DNA from: Candidatus Chisholmbacteria bacterium
Lineage (GTDB): Bacteria; Patescibacteriota; Microgenomatia; UBA1400; Chisholmbacteraceae
Direction of reading: 5' to 3'
NCBI GenBank assembly: GCA_963704905.1
Contig: CAVPHZ010000001.1
Location: 451,438 to 515,437 of the forward strand
DNA: 64,000 nt
The translations under genes and the position numbers were made by a program. This document shows positions 53,848-62,520 of this stretch, in pieces (within the stretch, counting starts at the first letter, position 1; every line of letters begins with the position of its first letter). Under the pieces are notes generated by a model. It did no database searches and was not told the origin of the DNA. It worked only from the letters and a program-made list of their open reading frames with translations.

Positions 53848-55083
53848 ATGTCGCGTAGTGATATGAACATTGCGTTAGTGCATGACTATCTTCATGAATT
53901 TGGTGGAGCGGAGCGGGTGCTTCTCGCTCTTTCAGAAATATGGCCGAGGGCGCCGATTTATACTGCTTTTGCCACGAGAGGGTCATCAGCATGGGAGCGG
54001 TTTAAGGATAAAGATATCCGAACTTCTTGGTTTCAATACCTTCCATATGCATCGAAGCTCTCGAGTCCACTCCGATTTCTAGCTCCAGTGGTTTGGAATA
54101 GCATTGATTTTTCTGAGTTTGACGTGGTGATTACAAGTGCAAACTGGTTCATCACTAAAGGTATTCGGAAAGGTTCCCGTTTGACAGACTCAGGGCAGGC
54201 GAAGACTATAGAGATTTGTTATTGCCATACCCCACCGCGATATTTATATGGATACCCTACGTCGATCGTGTGGCGAAAGTATTGGCCAGTGAGAATGTAT
54301 GGTCAACTTGTGAGCCATTTTTTACGACAGTATGATTATCAGGCAGCTCAGCGAGTAGACTACTTTGTTGCGAATTCGAAGAATGTTGCGAAGAGAATAG
54401 AGAAGTTTTATAGACGTGAGTCAACAGTGATATACCCGCCGGTGGATGTGGATGCTCTCCCGCAACATTCTGGTTCCTCGCATTTCACCAGAAATGTGCG
54501 GGATGACAAAGCCGGATCAAACAGCGTACCGGTTTTGTCAAGGAGGGGACTACGAGATGATTATTATCTTATCGTATCGAGGATTGTGGGGGGGAAAGGT
54601 TTGGAATTGGCGGTTCGGGCAGCGAATCAGCTTAGCATTCCACTTAAAATTGTTGGGAAGGCTGCTGGGTGGGGATCAGCAGGAAATCGTTTACACGAGC
54701 TTGCAGGAGATACCGTCGAGTTTGTTGGTGAAGTGACTGATGATGAACTTTACCGCCTTTATACTTATGCAAGAGCGTTTTTAGCAATTGCAGAGGATGA
54801 GGATTTTGGAATAACTCCAGTGGAAGCTATGGCACATGGTACTCCGGTAATTGCATACAAAGGTGGAGGTTATCTGGAGAGTGTAGTTGCTGGGAAAACG
54901 GGAGTGTTTTTTGAGCAGTATACTGTTGAGGGTTTGATGCAGGCCATACGTAGGTTTGAAAAAGAGGAATCAGGTTTTCAGACTACTATTATCCGAAAGT
55001 ATGCACAACGTTTTTCTAAGAAACGATTCCAGAGAGAGATGAAAGCCTTTGTTGAGGAATCGGTGAAAACGATACATAATTGA
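53848..55083 (+). CDS. Glycosyltransferase family 4 (GT-B, retaining)
   Basis: EDFGITPVEAMAHGTPVIAYKGGG (E-x7-E region); 411 aa. Confidence 0.75.
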   Translation: MSRSDMNIALVHDYLHEFGGAERVLLALSEIWPRAPIYTAFATRGSSAWERFKDKDIRTSWFQYLPYASKLSSPLRFLAPVVWNSIDFSEFDVVITSANWFITKGIRKGSRLTDSGQAKTIEICYCHTPPRYLYGYPTSIVWRKYWPVRMYGQLVSHFLRQYDYQAAQRVDYFVANSKNVAKRIEKFYRRESTVIYPPVDVDALPQHSGSSHFTRNVRDDKAGSNSVPVLSRRGLRDDYYLIVSRIVGGKGLELAVRAANQLSIPLKIVGKAAGWGSAGNRLHELAGDTVEFVGEVTDDELYRLYTYARAFLAIAEDEDFGITPVEAMAHGTPVIAYKGGGYLESVVAGKTGVFFEQYTVEGLMQAIRRFEKEESGFQTTIIRKYAQRFSKKRFQREMKAFVEESVKTIHN

Positions 55084-55128
55084 CACCATTTTAATTATTA
55101 TCCGCTTTTTAAGGTATACTTAGGTTGT

Positions 55129-55569
55129 ATGCACGTTAAACAACATGTCGCTGTTAATACTATTGTTGGTTCGATTGCACTCAAGATTGTAGATTTGCCT
55201 TTGATTTTTTCTACCCTCTCTCCAGCGGTTATCTCCGGAGTCTTAATTGACGCAGATCATTTGTTGTACGAGATATGGAAGCAGAGGACATTGTCAGCAC
55301 GAAAATTGCTTCGTGGTGTTCTTAAGGACTATCATGAGCATCATTATCGTTTCTATCTTTTTCATACCATCGAGTTTGCAATTATCTTCACCCTGGTTGT
55401 CTATCGCTCTCCGTCGCTTACCTGGCCATGGGCGTTTGGATACTGGGTGCATCTGACTTCAGATGTTTATTACAACTACAAGTTGCGCAGGAATATTCAT
55501 TGGATGTCAAATTGGCTTGGAACACTTCAGGGTTGGAGAGCTATAAAGGCGCGGAGATCACAGAAATAA
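55129..55569 (+). CDS. Hypothetical membrane protein
   Basis: 3-4 TM helices; His-rich segments; no assigned family. Confidence 0.3.
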   Translation: MHVKQHVAVNTIVGSIALKIVDLPLIFSTLSPAVISGVLIDADHLLYEIWKQRTLSARKLLRGVLKDYHEHHYRFYLFHTIEFAIIFTLVVYRSPSLTWPWAFGYWVHLTSDVYYNYKLRRNIHWMSNWLGTLQGWRAIKARRSQK

Positions 55570-55584
55570 TTTACTGGGGTTTCT

Positions 55585-56433
55585 ATGCCGGAACTTCCTG
55601 AGGTTGAACTTCTTCGAATAGGACTTCATACGTACATTCATGGTTTGACGATTCATGCTGTTGAAGTCCGGCAGCCTACGGTATTTTCTGGTCATACGAC
55701 AAGTGTTGTAGGTGGTACAGTTCAAGTAATTCGACGCTACGGTAAGATGCTTTCAATTGATCTTTCAAATGGTAATAGTTTGGCAATTCATGTCAAGATG
55801 ACTGGGCGATTGATCTATCGAGGGAGGAAACAGCCGAAGAAGCTTGATGTTGATCCAGATTTGAGTGATCTACCAGGTAAGCATACCCATGTGATTTTTA
55901 GGTTCACAAATGGTGATGTACTTTATTTTAACGATGTTCGACGTTTTGGGTGGGTAAAAGTTGTTCCGTCGAAGTTGGTTGAGTCTTTGGCATTCGTTGC
56001 CAAGCTTGGACCGGAACCATTTCGTGATCTGAACTTATCAAGGTTTACTGTGATTCTTTCAGCTTCTAAGCGCTCAATAAAGACACTATTGATGGATCAA
56101 AGTCGTATTTCCGGTGTGGGAAACATTTATGCTAATGAGGCGCTTCATTGTGCAAAGATTTTGCCAGAGCGAACATCGAGTACGATCACATCAGGAGAAG
56201 CAAAGAAACTTTTTACTTGCATTGAACGTGTTCTTGAGGATGGGTTGAAACATGGAGGTTCGAGCACAGATTCGTTTCGAGACGTACTCGGACGTAGAGG
56301 CAGTTTTCAAACTCGTTACATGGTGTATGATCGGGAGGATCAGAAATGTCGGCGGCGAGGTTGTTCTGGAAGAATTAAGAAAGTTAAACTTTCAGGACGA
56401 GGGACTTATTTTTGTATAGTTTGTCAGCATTGA
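55585..56433 (+). CDS. mutM: Formamidopyrimidine-DNA glycosylase
   Basis: N-terminal MPELPEVE with catalytic Pro2/Glu3; H2TH; C-terminal zinc finger CRRRGCSG...CIVCQ. Confidence 0.85.
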   Translation: MPELPEVELLRIGLHTYIHGLTIHAVEVRQPTVFSGHTTSVVGGTVQVIRRYGKMLSIDLSNGNSLAIHVKMTGRLIYRGRKQPKKLDVDPDLSDLPGKHTHVIFRFTNGDVLYFNDVRRFGWVKVVPSKLVESLAFVAKLGPEPFRDLNLSRFTVILSASKRSIKTLLMDQSRISGVGNIYANEALHCAKILPERTSSTITSGEAKKLFTCIERVLEDGLKHGGSSTDSFRDVLGRRGSFQTRYMVYDREDQKCRRRGCSGRIKKVKLSGRGTYFCIVCQH

Positions 56434-56445
56434 TCGATCTCATAC

Positions 56446-57579
56446 ATGCAATTAACATCTCTTTCACTTCAGTATTATCGAAATTATCACCAGCGTTCTT
56501 TTTCTTTCTTTCATGAAACCACGATGATTGTAGGTGGAAATGGGGTTGGGAAAACAAATATTTTAGAAGCAAGTTATCTGCTGGCTACAGGAAAGAGCTT
56601 TCGGGCGCATCGAATTGAAGAGATGATCATGTTTGAAAAGGAGCTGGGGAGAGTAAAAGGGGTCATTGTGAGTGATGTACCGAAACGGTTTGAATCCACT
56701 CAGGAAACCAGTTCTGCACGAGATGACATAGTTGATTTAAAACGTGTATCAACTGCGTCAAAAGCGGGGGAAAAAGAGTTAGAGGTGATGTTGACTAGAG
56801 GAGAGATTCAAGGAAAGCGGGTTGCAAAGCGACGTTTTCAGGTTGATGGTGTGTTTAAGCGGTCAACAGATTTTGTTGGAAATCTGGTAGTTGTTCTCTT
56901 TCGTCCTGAAGATTTGCAGCTCATATTAGGTAGTCCACAGCTCAGGAGAGGTTTTGTTGATGACGTCCTTTCGCAAGTTGATCGTGAGTATCGAAGGAGT
57001 CTGATTTCTTATGAGAAAGCACTCTATCGAAGAAATAGACTTCTTGATAGTATACGAGATCAGGGTGCTTCTCGGACTCAATTAACATTTTGGGATCAGC
57101 TCCTTATTAAGCATGGGCAAGTGTTGACGGAGAAGCGTGCTGATTTTCTTTCTTTTGTAGATGCGTATGAGGCTGAGATTGATTCATTTCAACTTGTGTA
57201 CCTTTCTTCACCAATTACTCAAAGTCGATTACAACAGTATGCTGAAAAAGAACTTGCAGCAGGTTACACGCTTATTGGTCCTCATAAAGATGATTTTGTT
57301 CTTTCGTTTGAAACTGGGAAGGCACTGGCTGAATTTGGATCGAGAGGAGAGCAGCGATTGGCGGTGTTGTGGATGAAGCTAGCAGAGCTGTCATTCGTGT
57401 CTAAACAGATTAGCGAAAAACCATTGTTGCTGCTCGATGATATTTTTTCGGAACTAGATCAAGAACATCGTGAGATGGTACTTCGGGTAATTCCGCATCA
57501 ACAAACTTTGATTTCAACTACAGATCCCGACTTCGTAAAAAATGGAAAGGGTATTGATATCTTGTCTTTAGAAAAATAA
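56446..57579 (+). CDS. recF: DNA replication and repair protein RecF
   Basis: Walker A GGNGVGKTNILEA; signature/Walker B region LLLDDIFSELD; 377 aa. Confidence 0.85.
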   Translation: MQLTSLSLQYYRNYHQRSFSFFHETTMIVGGNGVGKTNILEASYLLATGKSFRAHRIEEMIMFEKELGRVKGVIVSDVPKRFESTQETSSARDDIVDLKRVSTASKAGEKELEVMLTRGEIQGKRVAKRRFQVDGVFKRSTDFVGNLVVVLFRPEDLQLILGSPQLRRGFVDDVLSQVDREYRRSLISYEKALYRRNRLLDSIRDQGASRTQLTFWDQLLIKHGQVLTEKRADFLSFVDAYEAEIDSFQLVYLSSPITQSRLQQYAEKELAAGYTLIGPHKDDFVLSFETGKALAEFGSRGEQRLAVLWMKLAELSFVSKQISEKPLLLLDDIFSELDQEHREMVLRVIPHQQTLISTTDPDFVKNGKGIDILSLEK

Positions 57580-57627
57580 GTACTAAGTTTAAACACTCAA
57601 GTATAATCGGAATAGCTAACTACTGTT

Positions 57628-58461
57628 ATGAAAACTAGACAATTTCTAGAAGCTGAACTGCACACTCTTTATCGACCTGCGCGTGATTCCCACAAAGGTC
57701 AAAATGGACGGTTGTTAGTTATAGGTGGGAGTGAGTTGTTTCATGCATCGATTTTTTGGACTGCGGATGTAGCTAGCCGAATAGTTGATCTGGTCCATTT
57801 TTCTTCACCGGCAATGGAGAACAATGAATTAGTGGCAAAGAGAGCAAAGGAAAAGTTTTGGAATGGGATTGTAGTGCCGTGGGCTAAAGTTGATGAATAT
57901 ATTGAGGAAGATGATTGTGTAGTGATTGGCCCAGGTATGCCGAGAAAAGAAGGGCTGGAGAAAGGAGAGCAGCCAACTGGGAAGATTGTTAACGCTCTTT
58001 TTCGAAAATATCCGAAGAAGCGATGGGTGGTGGATGGTGGAGCTCTACAAGAGATGGATGTAAATCTTTTAACTCAAGAGATGATCATCACCCCGCATAC
58101 CAAGGAATTTGAACGATTGTTTCAACTTAAACCTACAACAGAGAATGCCGTTGCAATGAGTAAGAAGCATGGATGTATCATTGTACTGAAAGGTGTCGAG
58201 GACGTGGTGTGTAATAGTCAGAAATTCGTAATGGTGCAGGGTGGAAATGAAGGAATGACTAAAGGTGGAACGGGTGATGTATTAGCTGGTTTAGTAGGAG
58301 CTCTTTATTGTAAGAATGATGCGTTTCTGGCAGCTAGTGTTGGGAGCTATCTTAACAAGAAAGCGGGAGATAGACTTTATGAGCGAGTTGGTCCGTATTT
58401 TAATGCTAGCGATTTAGTTCATGAAATACCGATAGTTATGAATGAACTTGTTACTCACTAA
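57628..58461 (+). CDS. nnrD: NAD(P)H-hydrate dehydratase (YjeF C-terminal domain, carbohydrate-kinase fold)
   Basis: GGTGDVLAGLVGAL motif; 277 aa. Confidence 0.7.
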   Translation: MKTRQFLEAELHTLYRPARDSHKGQNGRLLVIGGSELFHASIFWTADVASRIVDLVHFSSPAMENNELVAKRAKEKFWNGIVVPWAKVDEYIEEDDCVVIGPGMPRKEGLEKGEQPTGKIVNALFRKYPKKRWVVDGGALQEMDVNLLTQEMIITPHTKEFERLFQLKPTTENAVAMSKKHGCIIVLKGVEDVVCNSQKFVMVQGGNEGMTKGGTGDVLAGLVGALYCKNDAFLAASVGSYLNKKAGDRLYERVGPYFNASDLVHEIPIVMNELVTH

Positions 58462-59036
58462 TGCCTCGAACGTTTATTGCAATTGATCTCAGTGAGGCTT
58501 GCAGGAAAGAGCTTCGACGATTTGTTTCAGCGCTGTCATCAAAGCGTTGGCCAGTTCGATGGGAAGTGTTTTCAAAGCTTCATCTTACACTGTTTTTTCT
58601 AGGGTCTATTCAACAAAGCCAGGTGAAATCTGTCTCCGGTGTTTTAGCAGAGATCACTACGGATATTAAGCCATTTACGATTAGAGTAGGAAAGCTGGGA
58701 GTTTTTCCAGACTTCATTCAGCCGAGAGCTGTTTGGCTAGGCATAAAAGGGGATCAACCAAGGTTGGTGAGTTTACAAAAACTTATTTCCCAACAGCTCG
58801 TTTCTCTCGGTTTTGAAAAAGAGACTCGGATTTGGATACCTCACCTGACAATTGGAAGAGTTCGAAATGATAGCACTTTTCGATCCCGAAAGGAACTTGG
58901 GAGACAGCTAGGGAAGCTAGAAATTGATTCGTTTATTGCTGAAACTTATGTTGATAAGGTTGTTCTCTATCAAAGTACATTAAAGCCGACTGGATCGGAG
59001 TACACGAAACTTTTTGAAGCTAGTCTTTCTTTGTAA
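58461..59036 (+). CDS. thpR: RNA 2',3'-cyclic phosphodiesterase (2H phosphoesterase LigT/ThpR)
   Basis: Two H-x-T/S-x motifs: HLTLFFLG and HLTIGR; 191 aa; ATGA overlap with the preceding gene. Confidence 0.7.
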   Translation: MPRTFIAIDLSEACRKELRRFVSALSSKRWPVRWEVFSKLHLTLFFLGSIQQSQVKSVSGVLAEITTDIKPFTIRVGKLGVFPDFIQPRAVWLGIKGDQPRLVSLQKLISQQLVSLGFEKETRIWIPHLTIGRVRNDSTFRSRKELGRQLGKLEIDSFIAETYVDKVVLYQSTLKPTGSEYTKLFEASLSL

Positions 59037-59334
59037 TATCTTCTGACTCACTGTATTTTAAGCGTTTCTCTAATGTCTGTTGAAGTTTGGTTAATTGAAG
59101 CGTCGAGACAACAGCTAATGTAGTAACGATGACGGCGTACACTAAAAGTGATATGACTTTTGACCCTTCAGGTAGATATGGCTTGACATAGATTTCAATT
59201 GTTTCCTTTACAACTTCATTCCAGGCTAGTGCTGCAACAAGACCAAAACCAGAGGTTACGAGTGAAAGCATTTGTTTTACGATCGCAATCGGTAGATCCT
59301 TGGTGTTTTCCGGGATATCAATTTTTTTTGCCAT
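59020..59334 (-). CDS. Hypothetical small membrane protein
   Basis: Two predicted TM helices; 104 aa. Confidence 0.3.
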   Translation of the reverse strand: MAKKIDIPENTKDLPIAIVKQMLSLVTSGFGLVAALAWNEVVKETIEIYVKPYLPEGSKVISLLVYAVIVTTLAVVSTLQLTKLQQTLEKRLKYSESEDITKKD

Positions 59335-59405
59335 TTACCGATTCTCCTATTAGTTGTAGATTGTCTAGCTACTTGTTCATTGTCGCATAATATGCAACAA
59401 TATTA

Positions 59406-60503
59406 TTGATGTATTCTCCAAAGTATACCATTACAACGAAACTACTCTCTAATATTGGAAAGGTCGAAGCATCCAAAGAGGTTATTGAACATGCGGCACT
59501 TGTACCAGCATGGGAAGCGAGGTTTCGTGCCGATGCACTTGTAAGAACCGTTCATCATGGCACTCATATCGAAGGAAATCCGTTGACCCGTGATGAAGCA
59601 CAACGGTTGGTTGAGGCATATTCACCTGTTGATGAGCCGTGGATGGTTGCTTCGAAAGCAGAGGTTGTTGGTCGGGATCGGGACATTCAAGAAGTAATTA
59701 ACTATCGGAGTGTCGTTTCCTATCTTGATGAAGCTCGGAAAACCGTTGAAAAGAAAGGATATAGTGAAGATATTCTCAAGACAATTCATGCGCTTACCGT
59801 AGATCGTATCTTACCAGTGGAAGCAAGTGGTGTGTATCGAACTACACAGGTGGTGATTAAAGATTCGGCAACTGGGAGCATTACATTTCGTCCACCTCCT
59901 GCGGTTGAAGTACCCTATCAAATCGAAGAGTTGTTTTCTTGGTTGAAAGAACAACAGAATGAGGAACATCATTCTGTTATTCGAGCCGGTATTGTTCACT
60001 ACGGATTAGTTCGTATTCACCCTTTTACAGATGGAAATGGACGAGTGGCTCGTGCTATGGCACTATTGGTGCTGGTCTGTGAAGGATATGATATTAAACG
60101 TTTTTTTTCACTTGAAGAGTATTTTGATAAGCAGAGTGAAGCATATTACACGGCACTTCAGAATGTGAAGGAAAACGGATATGATCTTACACCATGGCTT
60201 GAGTATTTTACGTTTGGGCTGGCGACGGAGTTAAATATCGTAAAAAACCAGGTTCATAAGTTATCAAGAGATTTGAAGCTAAAAGGAGAACTTGGTGGGA
60301 AACAAATAGCTCTTTCTGAACGTCAAATTGCTTTGCTTGAGGCGATGCAGGCAAACGAGGGAAGATTGGCGGTACGAGAGGCTCGCAAGATTTTACCGAG
60401 GGTATCACGAGATACGATCATTCGTGATTTCAATGATCTTATTCGGAAGAAAGTTGCTAAACGACGAGGCGTTACTAAGGGTTCATTTTATATTTTAGCT
60501 TAA
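59406..60503 (+). CDS. Fic/DOC family protein (putative AMPylase) with C-terminal wHTH
   Basis: Canonical Fic motif HPFTDGNGRVARAM; N-terminal HGTHIEGNPLT inhibitory-helix-like segment. Confidence 0.8.
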   Translation: MMYSPKYTITTKLLSNIGKVEASKEVIEHAALVPAWEARFRADALVRTVHHGTHIEGNPLTRDEAQRLVEAYSPVDEPWMVASKAEVVGRDRDIQEVINYRSVVSYLDEARKTVEKKGYSEDILKTIHALTVDRILPVEASGVYRTTQVVIKDSATGSITFRPPPAVEVPYQIEELFSWLKEQQNEEHHSVIRAGIVHYGLVRIHPFTDGNGRVARAMALLVLVCEGYDIKRFFSLEEYFDKQSEAYYTALQNVKENGYDLTPWLEYFTFGLATELNIVKNQVHKLSRDLKLKGELGGKQIALSERQIALLEAMQANEGRLAVREARKILPRVSRDTIIRDFNDLIRKKVAKRRGVTKGSFYILA

Positions 60504-60522
60504 CAAATTTGTTACGACGAGC

Positions 60523-60726
60523 TTGTCAAACATGTTGTATACGGATCCTGAAATCATTGCGATTATGGTTCTTTTACCAGGCATATTTGGTTTGGCTCTG
60601 ATTGCACAAGGCATTAATGACTTGAAAGAACGAAATCGCGGTTGGTTTCCATTACTTACCGGGCTTATTTTTCTTATCGCAATTATCTTCATTTATCTTT
60701 ATTTCAATGTAATTCAAGAGGTGTAA
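60523..60726 (+). CDS. Hypothetical small membrane protein
   Basis: Two hydrophobic helices; 67 aa. Confidence 0.25.
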   Translation: MSNMLYTDPEIIAIMVLLPGIFGLALIAQGINDLKERNRGWFPLLTGLIFLIAIIFIYLYFNVIQEV

Positions 60727-60731
60727 ACCAC

Positions 60732-62450
60732 GTGAAGTTTGCAACATTTTCTTCCTATCTTTCTCGGCTTGAAATGACTGCTTCCCGTTTAGATATGACT
60801 GAGATATTAGCTGAGCTCTTGAATTATTCATCTGAGTTAGACATTCACTATGTCGTTAATCTTCTTCTCGGACGTTTAGCGCCGCAATATGAAGGGATAA
60901 TTTTCAATGTTGCCGAAAAGATGATGCTTCAGGTGATTGCTGAGGCGTACGGTCTACCTTTAACTGAAGTTCAATCTCAATATAAACAGGTTGGTGATCT
61001 TGGTGAGGTGGCGCATATCCTGGCTGGTGAGCAAACTCAGTCAACTAAACAAAAACAACTGACTGTTGTTCAAGTCTTTAATCAATTAAAGGAGGTTGCA
61101 CTTGATGATGGGGAAGGGAGTCAAGAGCGTAAAGTATCGAGTCTAGCACGTCTTCTTTCAAGTCTGGATCCGATGAGCTCGAGATATGTTGTGAGAATAC
61201 CTCTTGGAAAACTACGGCTCGGATTTTCGGATAAGACAGTTCTAGACGGGCTGAGTTGGATGGAGAGAGGGGATAAAAGTGGAAAGAAGTTATTGGACCG
61301 TGTCTATGAAGTTCATCCGGATGTTGGTGAGTTAGCCAAGCAAGTTAAAATCTATGGTATTGAGAAAGCGACGCAACGTCCGACCCCTATCGTTGGGGTT
61401 CCAGTTTTACCGATGTTGGCGCAACGTTTGAAAAGTCCGAAAGAGATGATTGAAAAGATGGGAGAAGTTGTTGTGGAACCGAAGCTTGATGGACTTCGGA
61501 TTTTAATTCACTATGTGCGTGGCCAAAAAGGATTTGTAAAGGCGTTCACTCGGAATTTAAATGAGACAAGCTGGATGTTCCCTGAGCTGGCCTCAATAGG
61601 TGATGAGCTAAAAGCAAATAAGGTTATTATTGATTGCGAAGCGGTCGGTGTTGATGAGAAGCGTAAGACTTTAGCGAATTTTCAACAAACAATGACGCGC
61701 AGAAGAAAGCATCAGATTGCTAAGGCAGCTACCGCTATTCCGATTCAATTTTTCGCTTTTGACCTTATCTATAAAGATGGAAAGAGTTATATGAATGAGT
61801 CGTATATCAATCGGCGACGTGTTCTGGAAAATACTATTCATCCTAAACAGGTGATGCGGATTGTGGATGCCACCATTACTGCTCAATCAGGAAGAATTCG
61901 CGAATTGAACAAGGAAAAACAAGAAGAGGGTTTGGAGGGAATTATTGTTAAACAGACTGGTAGTACGTATGTTTCTGGGAGAACTGGTTGGCGATGGGTT
62001 AAGATGAAAGAATCTGAGACATCGGTTGCAAAACTAGCTGATACTTTGGACTGTGTGGTCATGGGTTATACTCAAGGAAAAGGTAAACGGACGCAGTTTG
62101 GTATTGGACAGTTCTTAGCTGGTGTTGTAGATCATAATCGCATTGTAACCGTGACAAAAGTTGGAACAGGTTTAACTGACGATCAACTTGCGGATATGAA
62201 AAAGCGACTAAAAAAACTTGAGGTTACTCAAAAACCTCAAGAATATGAGGTTGTTAAAGGCTTAATTCCAGATTTTTGGGTCACTCCTGATTTAGTTGTT
62301 GAGCTTGCGGCAGATGAAGTGACAAAGAGCCCGAAACATACAAGTGGATATGCACTTCGGTTTCCTCGGCTTGTGAAATTTCGAGATGACAAGTTATTTT
62401 CACAAGCAACAACACTGCAAGAGTTGAAGCAGCTTTTTACTTTACAGTAA
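60732..62450 (+). CDS. ATP-dependent DNA ligase
   Basis: N-terminal DNA-binding domain (KFATFSSYLSRLEMTASRLDMTEILAELL); adenylation motif I VEPKLDGLRIL (KxDG); OB domain; the GTG at 60732 just after the upstream stop is the likely start. Confidence 0.8.
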   Translation: MKFATFSSYLSRLEMTASRLDMTEILAELLNYSSELDIHYVVNLLLGRLAPQYEGIIFNVAEKMMLQVIAEAYGLPLTEVQSQYKQVGDLGEVAHILAGEQTQSTKQKQLTVVQVFNQLKEVALDDGEGSQERKVSSLARLLSSLDPMSSRYVVRIPLGKLRLGFSDKTVLDGLSWMERGDKSGKKLLDRVYEVHPDVGELAKQVKIYGIEKATQRPTPIVGVPVLPMLAQRLKSPKEMIEKMGEVVVEPKLDGLRILIHYVRGQKGFVKAFTRNLNETSWMFPELASIGDELKANKVIIDCEAVGVDEKRKTLANFQQTMTRRRKHQIAKAATAIPIQFFAFDLIYKDGKSYMNESYINRRRVLENTIHPKQVMRIVDATITAQSGRIRELNKEKQEEGLEGIIVKQTGSTYVSGRTGWRWVKMKESETSVAKLADTLDCVVMGYTQGKGKRTQFGIGQFLAGVVDHNRIVTVTKVGTGLTDDQLADMKKRLKKLEVTQKPQEYEVVKGLIPDFWVTPDLVVELAADEVTKSPKHTSGYALRFPRLVKFRDDKLFSQATTLQELKQLFTLQ

Positions 62451-62520
62451 TATTTATTTTTTTAGGAATTCGAATATTTAGCACTCTTTAGTAGTCATTC
62501 AACATATTTGGAGTGTTACA

